64,000 nucleotides of DNA from an uncultured candidate division Zixibacteria bacterium (GTDB lineage: Bacteria > Zixibacteria > MSB-5A5 > GN15 > FEB-12), in contig CAVTJJ010000006.1 of the NCBI GenBank assembly GCA_963735035.1, forward strand, positions 384,001-448,000, given 5' to 3'. A program made the translations under genes and the position numbers. Position 1 is the stretch's first letter. Every line of letters starts with the position of its first letter. Positions 11,522 through 22,950 of this stretch are shown piece after piece. The notes under the pieces were generated by a model. It saw nothing but the letters and a program-made list of their open reading frames with translations. It was not told where the DNA came from and searched no databases.

Positions 11522-11706
11522 GTGAGGTTCAGTCAATCGTATTGCCCCGGCTGAGGGACTCGTTGCGTGGACCCCGAGCTTGGAGTGCAAGTAATTGTGC
11601 CGATAGGGCTTAGGTGTCACGCTTCTTGCCGCTCCTACCTGCCGCACGGCCAGCCTATTTTCATTGAATAACTTGACGTATAAGATGTATGATATGCAGT
11701 CCAGGG

Positions 11707-11732
11707 TGCAACCTGGCAGTCTGAGACTCGTC
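11707..11732 (+). promoter_or_regulatory. putative ECF sigma promoter (TGCAAC-N16-CGTC)
   Basis: AAC-N16-CGTC with the same spacing as the motif upstream of the ECF sigma gene. Confidence 0.5.
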
Positions 11733-11944
11733 TTAAATGATGTTAAGGCTAATCTACAGTTTCGACACGATTGGGTAGAAAAGCTGGATCACACTACTTG
11801 GACATAGGAAACGAATCCTAAGGGCTTGAAAGAAATTCGGTAATAGTAATAGACCGACGCGCAACTTCTGCGGGCGATCAGTTGTCATATCGATAAAACA
11901 ACGAACGCAGCAATGTTGGCCGCGTGGAATGAAGGAGTTGTTTG

Positions 11945-13334
11945 ATGAAGCGGGTGGCTGTAATTCTGATTCTGACATTGACAATGGTAATGGTGTCCGG
12001 ACTGGTCCAGGCGACCACGATGACACTGGACGATTGTATACAACTGGCGCTAGAAAAGAGGGCTTCGATCATACAGGCGCGCGGCTCCGAAGGATCGGCT
12101 GCGGCCGGCAAAAGGGCCGCTCTTGGAGCGTTTCTGCCCAATATTCGGCGCGTCCTATTCTTACAGCAAAGGCAGGCAGTTCGATATCAATCCGCCTGAT
12201 GTCCAGGTGACACAGTACATGGACGCTTTTGACACTACCGTGATTGCAGGGGATACAGTTCGTAACGCAATCAGAGTTCCTGTCGCGTTTGAGACTATAA
12301 CCTCCCAGGACCAGGGACCGAGCAAGACGTGGGGCGCCACGGCCGACATGGATATATTCAATGCCGCAAGCTGGTTTCAATACGCGGCCGCAAGTGCCGC
12401 AAAAGCAGGAGCACAATTGGATGTGCTCGCGTCCGAACAGGATTTGATAACCTCCGTCAAGGTATCTTATTACGCCCATCTTGCAGCAGTCCAGAACGTG
12501 ACTGTCCAGGAGGATGCGGTTAAACGATCCGCCGAGCAGTTGAAGCTGATTGAGTCGCGGTTTGAGTTGGGGTCCGCCTCCAAATCGGATGTTCTACGCC
12601 AGAAAGTGCAGTCCGGTAACGATCAGCTTGCATTTATTAGTGCGACCAACGCGGTGACGGATACAAAAGCCAATCTTGCTTACACTATTGGAATTGATCC
12701 CAGGGAAGATCTGCAATTTGCGACAGAACCTACCGGTGATCAATACGGGGGAACTCTGGATGAGGCGATTAGCTTCGGTATTGAGCATAATCCTCGCCTT
12801 CTATCGTCACAGAAATCGACCGATCAGGCCAGGCACTCATTGCGCGCCGCTAAGTCAGGGTACCTTCCCACGCTGACGGCATCGGCGGATTATCGCAAGT
12901 TTAACGGCACTCAGTCGTTCACCAATTCCACGCTGAAGTATTCCAATAAGTCGTACAGCTATGGCTTCTCAGTCGGTTATTCGATATTCGATGGCTTCCT
13001 GCGTGAAAAACGGGTAACCGATGCCAAGGTTTATCGTAATAATACCATGGCCGCTCTGGCGGACACGCGCAACTCCGTTATTTCCGGTATCAAGTCATCA
13101 TACTTGAAGATCGAACAGTTGAAGAAGCAGCAGGAAGTCTCGACCGAAAACGTCGCAGCGGCGGAAGAAGATTATCGAATCACGCAGGAAAAATACAACT
13201 TGGGCGCGGCTACGATCCTCGATCTGCTGGACGCCCAGGTGACGTTGAAAGGGGCTCAAGTGGGGCTCATCAACGTACAGTTTGATTTGAATTTGGCGAT
13301 TGCGCAGCTCGAATACGCAATGGGCAAAATGTAA
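11945..13334 (+). CDS. TolC family outer-membrane efflux protein; one frameshift near 12140-12146
   Basis: Signal peptide and MTLDDCIQLALE in the first frame; RFELGSAS and KYNLGAATILDLLDAQ in the second frame. Confidence 0.9.
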
Positions 13335-13358
13335 AAGCAAATATAGGGTGCGTCGGGT

Positions 13359-14674
13359 ATGAAGAAGAAGAAAGTCTGGATCATCATCGGCGTGGTTGTG
13401 GTGGCGGGGGCCCTCACATATGTCACGCTGACCTCTAACAAGAAGAAGATGACCGATGTTAATGCGGCCACGGTGGCCAAACAACATCTGGTTGAAAAGG
13501 TGTCCGCCTCCGGGCGTATCCAGCCTCAGACCAAGGTCAATATTACGTCGGAGTTCAGTGGTAAGATCATGTCTCTGCCGGTGGTGGAAGGGCAGCAGGT
13601 CTCTACTGGACAACTCCTGATAGTCATGGACACGGTGCAGATCAAGGCGGATGTTAGTCAGGCCAGGTTCGGTCTGGACGGCTATCGCGCCGCCCTGGAC
13701 GGGGCCAAAGCCAGCGACGACCAGGCCCAGGAAGAATATCAACGGCGCCAGAAGCTGTTCGATCAGAAATTGGGTTCCGAAACGGAGCTCAGCACGGCGC
13801 GATATGCCTATCTCAATGCCAAGGCTAATTACGAGAGCTTGAAGGCGCAGGTCAGCGGGGCAGAGGCCGCTTTCGATAAGCAGCTCGATCGCCTCGCGAA
13901 GGCCAGGATTGCCGCGCCGATGAACGGTGTGGTGACTTCACTGAACGTCGAGGTCGGTGAAATTGCCGCCGGTCAGACCGCGTTCACCCAGGGCCAGACG
14001 CTCATGACCATCTCCGATCTAAGCGTTTTTGAGGTCGAGGTCGAGGTCGATGAGACCGAAGTCAACAAGATCGCGTTGGGGCAGCGCGCTGATATCGAAG
14101 TTGATGCCTTCCCTGATACGACTTTCGCCGGCAGCGTCGTGGAAATCGGCAATACGGCCGTGTTGATCGGTGGCGGAACGCAGGATCAATCCACCAATTT
14201 CAAAGTCAAAGTGACGTTCGCCGAAATCAATCCGAGCCTTCGTCCCGGCATGTCGGCGACGGTTGACATCACGGCCGCCGAGCGCAAGGATGTATTGGCC
14301 GTGCCGTTTGCATCAGTGGTTACGCGCAGCTACAATATGGATTCACTCGCGACGGCCAGAGCGGGCAAGAACGCTAAAGACACCGGTTCGGGCGAAGTTC
14401 TCGCGGCTGAGAACGACAGTCTTAGCGCTCCCAAAGACAGCGCCAAGGCCGGAAAAGATAAGGAGCTCAAGGGCGTGTTTGTGATTCGCGAAGGTATCGC
14501 CCGTTTTGCTCCGATTCAGACCGGTATCGCCGGACAAAAAGACATTGAAGTCACCGAAGGTGTGGCTGAAAAGGACTCGGTAATTTCAGGACCGTACAGT
14601 GTCCTTCGAACGCTCAAAGACGGCGACGCCATTAAGGTCGTCAAAGCCGACAGCACAAAGCAGGAATCGAAATA

Positions 14675-14675
<1 letters not shown>
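13359..14675 (+). CDS. MacA/HlyD-type periplasmic adaptor subunit
   Basis: N-terminal [30 protein letters not shown]. Confidence 0.92.
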
Positions 14676-15382
<707 letters not shown>

Positions 15383-15395
15383 AGGTTAAGCGACT

Positions 15396-16621
15396 ATGGT
15401 CCTGGGTTCCCTATTTCGCATCGCGTCCGGCGCTCTCTGGGCCAACAAGCTCCGCTCCGGATTGACTTTCCTGGGTGTCATTCTTGGTGTCACTTCGGTA
15501 ATGACCATAATGTCGTTTCTGCAGGGTGCCGTGGGAGAGATCGAGCGAGCTCTGGATTCGCTTGGCCCGTCGACATTCATGGTGGCCAAGATGATGTCGG
15601 TCTTCTCTGAGGAAGAGTTTTTGGAGAAGATAAAGCGGCGTCCGGTTTCTTTGCATACCGCGGATGTGATCGAGAGAGACTGTCAATTGTGTGAACTGGT
15701 CTCACCGAGACTTTTCGACCAGGCCCGCATAAGCTACGAGAGTCAGAGTCTCAGGCGTATCGACGTCATGGGCGGTACCTCCAATTTTATCGACATCGTT
15801 GATATCGAAGTTGGCCAGGGGCGGTTTCACTCCCACGAAGACGATATTTACAAGCGCAATGTGATTTTCATCGGCGACCTTGTCCGCGAGAATTTCTTCG
15901 AGGGTCGAGACCCGATTGGCAAAGATCGTCAAGCTCGGCGGTCAAAAATACACCGTCATTGGAGTCGCCAAGAAGCGTGGGACTTTGATGGGCGAAAGCC
16001 AGGACGATTTTGTCGTAATCCCGTTGTCCGCCTTCCTCCGCCAGTTCGGCGAGCCGGAGCGCAGGGGTACTTTCCTGACCATCAAAGCTGTTTCGGTCGA
16101 GAAGCTGCCAGAGGCGATGGACGAGGTCCGTCTCATTATGCGCACGTATCGCAAGGTGCCGTACAACGAACCGGATGATTTCGACATGGAGACAGCCGAG
16201 AGCATTTTGGAGCAACTTAACGCTTTCACCTTGATGTTTCGATTAGTCTTCATAGGCATTTCCGGAATCTCGCTGGTAATCGGCGGCATCGTCGTGATGA
16301 ATATCATGATGGTTTCGGTAACCGAACGAACGCGAGAAATAGGCATACGAAAAGTCGATCGGTGCCAAACAACGCCACATTCTCATCCAGTTCCTGTTTG
16401 AATCGGTGATGCTGACGTTTTCCGGAGGCGCCGTCGGTGTGGCTCTGGGGTTCATTATCGCAAAATCAGTCGCGCTCCAGTTCGACCTGAATATAGAACC
16501 GTCCTTGCTGGCCATCTGGTCCGGTCTGGGAGTGTCGACCGGGATCGGTTTGATCTTCGGCATCTACCCGGCCATGAAAGCGGCCCGCCTGGATCCGATA
16601 AAAGCCCTGAGCTACGAGTGA
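15396..16621 (+). CDS. MacB/FtsX-type ABC permease 1; frameshifts near 15921 and 16350
   Basis: NKLRSGLT, GGIVVMNIMMVSVTERTREIG and YPAMKAARLDPI lie in three frames; both breaks are at A-runs. Confidence 0.88.
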
Positions 16622-16633
16622 GAGGACGACCAC

Positions 16634-17884
16634 GTGTTACTTTCACCCGTTGAAATGCGCGACGCCGTGATTATGGCGATGTCGTCGGTCAGGGGGAACA
16701 AGTTTCGTTCCATCCTGACCATTATGGGCGTTCTGGTCGGGGTGGCGGCGGTGATCTCGATGGCTTCGGTGATCGACGGTCTGAATGGAGCCGCGCAGTC
16801 GGAAATCGACCGCATGGGTTCGAATGTAATCATGGTGAACAAGTTCCCGCAGGGAGTGAACCATGAGGATCTGACCGAAGACGAGCGCAACCGGCCACCT
16901 ATAACGATCGGTGAGGCCCAGACCATACTGGCCAACTGCCCCAGTGTTGATGGTGTGGCGCCGCACAACTACTATTTCAGGCCCGGTGGAAACGAAGCCA
17001 AGTACAATAATCGCAAATTCAACAATCCGAATTTCAACGGCACCTGGCCGGACTATGTGAAGGTGAGGGCCAAAAATGTCTCGTCGGGGCGGTTTCTTGA
17101 TCAGACCGATCTGCAATACCGACGCATGGTCTGTGTGCTGGGATCCGGAGTCGCCGAAGTGCTCTTCCCCGGCGAGGATGCGGTCGGGAAGATGATGCGC
17201 CTAAATGGCGACGAATTCGAAGTGATCGGGATCTTTGAGAAGGTCAAGTCCAATTTCGGGAATGAGTGGGAAAACCGTCTCATCAGTATCCCTATGACAA
17301 CGTTTGCGAAACTGATTCCATGGGAGAAAGAGCTAGCTCTGGATGTGTCAGCTCGATCACGCGAGGTATTAGCGCAAGCCCAGGAGGAGATAATCTCGGC
17401 TCTGCGAATCTATCGCAAAGTGCCATTTGACAAGCCGAACAATTTCGCGCTCTCCACGCAAGACCAGTTCAAGGAACAGGCTGCTCAGATTACCGATGTG
17501 GTTTACATGATCATGATCGTCATTACTTCGGTCGGCCTATTGGTCGGCGGTATCGGCGTGATGAATATCATGCTGGTATCGGTTACAGAGCGCACTCGCG
17601 AGATCGGTGTCCGCAAGGCGATCGGCGCAAAGAAAGCCAATATCGTGCTCCAGTTTCTGACCGAAGCGATGTCCCTGGCCGGTCTTGGCGGTGTTATCGG
17701 AATCTTCGTGGGAGTCATTCTGGGCATGATCCTCAACAAAACCTTCAATTTCCCGGTAACGCTGCCCTTTCTCTGGATATTTATCGGATTCGGAGTATCT
17801 GTCACGGTTGGCCTGGTGTCGGGGGTCTATCCGGCCATTAAGGCGGCCCGGTTGGACCCGATCGAGTCTTTGCGCTATGAATAA
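16634..17884 (+). CDS. MacB/FtsX-type ABC permease 2
   Basis: VGGIGVMNIMLVSVTERTREIGVRKAIGA; YPAIKAARLDPIESLRYE. Confidence 0.94.
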   Translation: MLLSPVEMRDAVIMAMSSVRGNKFRSILTIMGVLVGVAAVISMASVIDGLNGAAQSEIDRMGSNVIMVNKFPQGVNHEDLTEDERNRPPITIGEAQTILANCPSVDGVAPHNYYFRPGGNEAKYNNRKFNNPNFNGTWPDYVKVRAKNVSSGRFLDQTDLQYRRMVCVLGSGVAEVLFPGEDAVGKMMRLNGDEFEVIGIFEKVKSNFGNEWENRLISIPMTTFAKLIPWEKELALDVSARSREVLAQAQEEIISALRIYRKVPFDKPNNFALSTQDQFKEQAAQITDVVYMIMIVITSVGLLVGGIGVMNIMLVSVTERTREIGVRKAIGAKKANIVLQFLTEAMSLAGLGGVIGIFVGVILGMILNKTFNFPVTLPFLWIFIGFGVSVTVGLVSGVYPAIKAARLDPIESLRYE

Positions 17885-17925
17885 CTTCCCCTCTGGCGTT
17901 ATATTGCGCTGTGAGTAATTGAATC

Positions 17926-19176
17926 ATGTTGCTGTCACCTTCTGAAATTCGCGATGCTATCGGCATGGCGCTGACTTCGGTGCGAACCAACAAATTTCGC
18001 TCCTTTCTGACAATTCTGGGAGTAATGGTGGGAGTGGGGGCCGTTATTGCCATGGCCTCGGTGGTAAGCGGACTTAATCTCGCAGCGGAGGCCGAAATCG
18101 ATATGATGGGCTCAAACGTTATCATTGTCGATCGTTTCGGGCCCGGGGTAGATTACGACAATCTGACCGAAGAGGAGCGCAGCAGTCCTTATCCCGACGA
18201 GGAGGACGCTGAAGTCATCATGGCGAATTGCCCGTCGGTTGACGGTGTTGCGCCTCAGAACCACTGGAATTTCGACAGCGGTAACGACCTAAAGTATCGA
18301 AATCACAAGTTCTCCAACGCGACCTTCAATGGCACGTGGCCCGACCTGATCAAAGTGCGTGATATCGACATGAAAGAGGGCCGTTTTATCAGCGAGACTG
18401 ATATCCAATATCGCACCGATGTCTGTGTGATCGGCACGGAAGTCGAGAGGGTGCTTTTCGCTGGTGAGAATCCGCTCGGCAAGATGGTCCGTCTGCAGGA
18501 CCATGAATTCGAGGTCGTCGGCGTGTATGAGGAAGCCAAATCAAGCTTCGGCAACGACTACTGGAACCGGCTTATCAGTATTCCCCTGAGCACTTATTCC
18601 AAGTGGCTGCCGTTTGACAAAGCTCTGACGCTTGAAGTCCGGGCGGCTACGCGGCCCCAGATCAACCAGGCAATAGAAGAAATTATCCAGGCCTTGCGCA
18701 TACATCGTCGCGTCCCTTTTGGCAAACCCAACAATTTCTATCTGTCCACTCAGGAGCAATTCAAAGAACAGGCCCAGAAGATAACCGATGTGATTTACAT
18801 CATTATGATCGTAATCACTTCGGTAGGTCTCTTGGTCGGCGGTATCGGGGTAATGAACATTATGCTGGTCTCGGTGACCGAGCGAACTCGTGAGATCGGG
18901 GTGCGGAAGGCGATCGGGGCCAAACGCTCCAATATTCTGCTTCAGTTTCTGACCGAGGCCATGTCGTTGTCGGGGCTGGGGGGGATAATCGGAGTGGTGG
19001 TGGGGGTGTCACTCGGATTGATCTTGAACAACTCCTTCGGTTTCCCCGTCTCTTTGCCGGTGTTCTGGATTGTAGTCGGTTTTCTGGTTTCGGTATCGGT
19101 TGGCCTGGTTTCGGGTGTGTATCCGGCCTTTAAGGCGGCCCGCCTTGATCCAATCGACGCCCTCCGGTACGAATAA
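17926..19176 (+). CDS. MacB/FtsX-type ABC permease 3 (paralog of permease 2)
   Basis: Same motifs, same 416-aa length, same MLLSP start. Confidence 0.94.
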   Translation: MLLSPSEIRDAIGMALTSVRTNKFRSFLTILGVMVGVGAVIAMASVVSGLNLAAEAEIDMMGSNVIIVDRFGPGVDYDNLTEEERSSPYPDEEDAEVIMANCPSVDGVAPQNHWNFDSGNDLKYRNHKFSNATFNGTWPDLIKVRDIDMKEGRFISETDIQYRTDVCVIGTEVERVLFAGENPLGKMVRLQDHEFEVVGVYEEAKSSFGNDYWNRLISIPLSTYSKWLPFDKALTLEVRAATRPQINQAIEEIIQALRIHRRVPFGKPNNFYLSTQEQFKEQAQKITDVIYIIMIVITSVGLLVGGIGVMNIMLVSVTERTREIGVRKAIGAKRSNILLQFLTEAMSLSGLGGIIGVVVGVSLGLILNNSFGFPVSLPVFWIVVGFLVSVSVGLVSGVYPAFKAARLDPIDALRYE

Positions 19177-19274
19177 TCGATCTGGCCAATCTGACGTTTT
19201 GAATCTTGCCCGGCCGGCCGACCACGATTACATTGATCCGGGAACGCCACAAGAGCGTTTTTGTTTTTGAAGGT

Positions 19275-20612
19275 ATGGATAATACGGTCCGCAAATTTCT
19301 CTTTCTTGGTTTGTTGCTTTCGATTGGTCTGCCGATCGTAGCGGTGGCCCAGTTCCTGGCACCCGACGAGCAGGCGGCAACGGTTGCAGAATACCTGCGG
19401 GTCGATTATGCCTATTTTCGAGCGGACACTCCGGATTCGGTTCGTCTGGAGTTGTACTACCAGATTCAGCATCGCGGGCTGGCGTTCAATTTGGCGAACG
19501 GGTCATACTCCGCTGCCTATGAACTGGCGGTTACGGTTATGGATAAGGATGGCCGCGAGCTGCGCTCTTTTACTCGGGATCGTCAGATTGTACTCGGCGC
19601 CGATGAGGAGGTGCGTACCAGGGTCGATTCTCGCACCAGCCAGATAACCCTCAATTTGCCCTCCGGCGATTACCGGGTGCAGTTCAAGCTCAAAGACAAG
19701 AACAGTTCCAAGGTAATGCTTAAGGAACTGAAGGTTGACCTCTGGGACTTGTACGGCAAACTACCCCGACTTTCGGAGATCGAGTTCGCCCAGGCTTTTC
19801 AGAAAGGCTCGGCCGATTCGAGCATCTTTTCCAAGAACGATATCCTGGTGGTGCCGTCAGTGAACCGCGCCTACGGTACGGTGGAAGGCGACCGACTCGC
19901 CTATTATTTCGAAATTTATCCGGGGATCGAAAAATTAGACAAAGCCGTGATCGAGACGAGAATAAGACATTTTCGCCGTGGCTTGGTCTATCGCGACACG
20001 CTGCACATATCCCTTGGAACGGAGCCTGATCGACAATTGCGCGAGATTTCTCTCGATCAGCTTGTTCCCGGAGACTATGAATTGATAGTGAGTCTGCTGG
20101 GGCGTCGTGACAAGAAGCTGGCTGAGCGCACGCAGTTGTTCCAGGTTGCCTGGACCCAGGAAGGCATGATCAAGAACGACTGGGAAACCACGCTCAAGCA
20201 GTTGCAGTTGTTTGCTGACGACGTCGATGTCAGCGACATGAAGAAATTGAAGACTATCGAGGAGCGCGTCAAAGCCTTCGATCAATTCTGGCAGGAGCGT
20301 GATCCCACCGATGGGACCCGTGAAAACGAGGCCAAGGCGGCGTTCTACTATCGCATAAGGATAGCCAACGAGCAGTTCGGGGTCATGCGCACTGAAGGGT
20401 GGCGCACCGACCGTGGGCGGATCTTCGTCCGGTACGGTGAACCCGATTATATGGCCAATGAGCCCTTTTCGCCGGACCGTCATCCCTATCAGATCTGGTA
20501 TTACTCCAGCCTCTCTCCTAACCGACGGTTCATATTTGTAGACGAGAAAGAAGATGGAGATTTCCGCCTCCAGTACCCGTACGACGGGCTTACCACGGCC
20601 GGCGGATTCTAA
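19275..20612 (+). CDS. secreted GWxTD domain protein
   Basis: Signal peptide; FWQERDPT..ENE, GWRTDRGRIFVRYGEPD; ATG at 19275 preferred. Confidence 0.88.
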   Translation: MDNTVRKFLFLGLLLSIGLPIVAVAQFLAPDEQAATVAEYLRVDYAYFRADTPDSVRLELYYQIQHRGLAFNLANGSYSAAYELAVTVMDKDGRELRSFTRDRQIVLGADEEVRTRVDSRTSQITLNLPSGDYRVQFKLKDKNSSKVMLKELKVDLWDLYGKLPRLSEIEFAQAFQKGSADSSIFSKNDILVVPSVNRAYGTVEGDRLAYYFEIYPGIEKLDKAVIETRIRHFRRGLVYRDTLHISLGTEPDRQLREISLDQLVPGDYELIVSLLGRRDKKLAERTQLFQVAWTQEGMIKNDWETTLKQLQLFADDVDVSDMKKLKTIEERVKAFDQFWQERDPTDGTRENEAKAAFYYRIRIANEQFGVMRTEGWRTDRGRIFVRYGEPDYMANEPFSPDRHPYQIWYYSSLSPNRRFIFVDEKEDGDFRLQYPYDGLTTAGGF

Positions 20613-20617
20613 CTCTT

Positions 20618-22060
20618 ATGAATTCACGAAGTAGTTTCACCTGGGTGGGATTGACAGTGCTATTTGCTCTCATTGTGACCGCCGGTGTGTCTCTGGCGGC
20701 TAACCCGGTCGATCAGGGGCTGACGGTTCGGGCGGGCGTGATTGTTTTCAATCGACCGGTCTTCGATACGGTATCTCTGGTCGAATTTCCCTTTGTCTTG
20801 ACGCGCGATCAGTTCGATTTCTACCGTCCGGACAGTTCTTCCGGGGCTTTGTTCGCGCGGATATTTGCGCAGGTCAATGTATATGGCGCCGACGGACGGC
20901 CGGTCGATTCCGCCAACACTTACTTTTCAGCAGGTGCGGTCGATTCAATCGACGCGCTCAGGCCCGCTTACAGCCTCTTCAATAGCCTTGTTATTGTCGC
21001 CCGACCGGGGATTTACTCGGCCCGCGTGACAGTTGTCGACGTGGTCAGCAAGCGGCAGGGCGAATGCTTTCTCGACCGTATCAATGTCGAAGCGCCGGTC
21101 AAAGATCGACTTTCAATGGGGGGGAAGTGTCTGGCCTTTCGAATCTCCTACGTGGGCGAAACGCCCGGCGTGGGTATCGGAGTACCGAGGAACGGTTACG
21201 AAGTACGGTGCAACCCGACGGGTGCATTCTCAACTCACGATACGACTGCGTCGTACTACGCCGAGGTGTACAACCTGAAATACGATTCGCGAGCGCCGTC
21301 AGATTTTGTGGTCACCAGCCAGATTCTCGACGACTCGAACAAAGTCTTTCGTGAGTTGGGCAGTCGCACCCGAGCGAAAGCGGGGACGTCGGCCGTAATT
21401 GCCGAAACCTTTTCGATCGCCGGATGGCCGGCCGGACGATATGATTTGCAGGTGACGGTTGCTGACCGCGTGTCCGGTGAAGAAGTCAGCTATGACTTTC
21501 CACTCATCATTGTAGCTCCCCAGATGGCAGCCGTAATCGCTCCGTCATCATTGTCCGAAGATGCTGATCCATGTGCGGGCCTCGATCTGGAAACGCAGCG
21601 CCGCCTGGTCTGCTATCTGCTGACGAGCCAGGAAAAGGATATCCTGAAGGGGCTGACTCCGGATGGCCAGCGCCTCTATATAGAGCGGTACTGGCAGGAG
21701 CGGGATCCCGATGTTACCACCAGGGTGCTCGAAAACCGTCAGCAGATGTATGAGCACTACCTTTACGCCAACAACTTCTTTTCGATTAGTGAGGGAAAGA
21801 CCGACGGTTGGTTCACGGATCGCGGTCGCGTCTTCATGGTTTATGGTCAACCGGACAAGCTGGAGGACTTTACCCACCCCTCTAACGAGTACCCTTACCA
21901 GGTCTGGTGGTATTATTCATTGAGGGATGGCAGCGTCTTCGTTTTTCAGGATTCCCGAGGGTTCGGGGACTTCAAGTTGGTGCATTCGAGCTATGCCGGG
22001 GAGTTGTTCAACAAGGTCTGGGATCAGGCCATCAGGGATGGTAGTTACGACGCTGACTAG
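20618..22060 (+). CDS. secreted GWxTD domain protein
   Basis: Signal peptide; YWQERDPD, GWFTDRGRVFMVYGQPD. Confidence 0.88.
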   Translation: MNSRSSFTWVGLTVLFALIVTAGVSLAANPVDQGLTVRAGVIVFNRPVFDTVSLVEFPFVLTRDQFDFYRPDSSSGALFARIFAQVNVYGADGRPVDSANTYFSAGAVDSIDALRPAYSLFNSLVIVARPGIYSARVTVVDVVSKRQGECFLDRINVEAPVKDRLSMGGKCLAFRISYVGETPGVGIGVPRNGYEVRCNPTGAFSTHDTTASYYAEVYNLKYDSRAPSDFVVTSQILDDSNKVFRELGSRTRAKAGTSAVIAETFSIAGWPAGRYDLQVTVADRVSGEEVSYDFPLIIVAPQMAAVIAPSSLSEDADPCAGLDLETQRRLVCYLLTSQEKDILKGLTPDGQRLYIERYWQERDPDVTTRVLENRQQMYEHYLYANNFFSISEGKTDGWFTDRGRVFMVYGQPDKLEDFTHPSNEYPYQVWWYYSLRDGSVFVFQDSRGFGDFKLVHSSYAGELFNKVWDQAIRDGSYDAD

Positions 22061-22085
22061 GCAAGTTTGATTATAGTGGAAATAG

Positions 22086-22125
22086 AAAAGCCGCCCGCCT
22101 CGTTGGAGACGGACGGCTTTGCTTT
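22086..22125. terminator. probable bidirectional terminator
   Basis: Hairpin AAAGCCGCCCG...CGGACGGCTTT between convergent genes. Confidence 0.7.
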
Positions 22126-22151
22126 GATTGCAATCAACCGAACTGGGACAG

Positions 22152-22907
22152 CTATTTGCCACCCTCTGCCGGTTTGGCGGCGGTGTCGGTGTTCTGTGGT
22201 ATTGTAGTCGACTTAATAGAACGTTTGACCGGTACCGTGAAGCGGACACCTTTACCCTCGCCAGCCTGGAAAGTGAAGGACTTCTCGAGCTGCTTATCGA
22301 GAGCGGCCGGGAGAAGCTTCACTTCGCCGCTGGCACTCTGGCCGGCGCCGATCTTCTTAGGAAGCGAAATCTCGGCGTATTTGGGGATGTCGGCTATCAT
22401 GGTCAGTTCGATTTCTTTGTCCGAGACGTTCGTGATCGTGAATTTCATCCGATCGCGCACCTTCTCACCGAACTGCGATATGTCCAGCTTGTAGGGCTTG
22501 ACAATGACGGGGTAGGTCGAGTCCGGTCGCTGAATGACTTCGGCGACAATCGATACGTTCTTGTCCGGCTGACCTTCGTTTGTGACGATACGCGGCCGCT
22601 TGGTTACGCGCTGCGTGTACGCCTTGGTGCTGAAAATGATCTCAAGGGCAGTGCTGTCACCGACAGCAAGCTCCGATTTGTCCAACGGAGCTTTGGTGCA
22701 GCCTCACCCAGGCACCACTTTGTCGATCTTCAAGATGTCGTCACCACGGTTGTAGAGCCAGAAGACGTGGGAAATCTCGGAGTTCTGTGGAACGTATCCG
22801 AAATCGAATTCCATTTCGGACATTTCCATGCGCGGGGCCGCGACAACCGAAATAGCCGCCAGCAAGGCCAGCCCCACGGCCAGAACAATTACACTGAAGT
22901 TTCTCAT
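22152..22907 (-). CDS. secreted DUF1573/Ig-like protein with in-frame TGA (candidate selenocysteine at 22704-22706)
   Basis: ORFs 22704-22907 and 22152-22685 are in one frame and read KVVPG-TGA-GCTKAPL; FDFG and F.L.N.G..L.I DUF1573 pattern; 251 aa with read-through. Confidence 0.85.
22668..22693 (-). promoter_or_regulatory. candidate bacterial SECIS hairpin
   Basis: mRNA AAGCUCCG-UU-GGAC-AA-AU-CGGAGCUU; 8-bp perfect stem starting at the 11th nt after UGA; apical loop starts with G. Confidence 0.7.
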
Positions 22908-22950
22908 TTGTCCTTCCAGTAAGTCCTTAAGGTTTATCTATCGTCTTATA

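Noticed and set aside
11522..11680. In-frame C-P-G-TGA just after the trxB stop (possible CxxU)
   Set aside because: TrxB is already full length, the downstream peptide is not protein-like, and there is no convincing SECIS hairpin; probably chance
11522..11940. Possible ncRNA or riboswitch upstream of tolC
   Set aside because: No recognisable family motif by eye; an Rfam/Infernal scan would be needed
22128..22922. 264-aa plus-strand ORF over the Sec candidate
   Set aside because: It is an antisense shadow with no motifs; the minus strand has the signal peptide and paralog similarity
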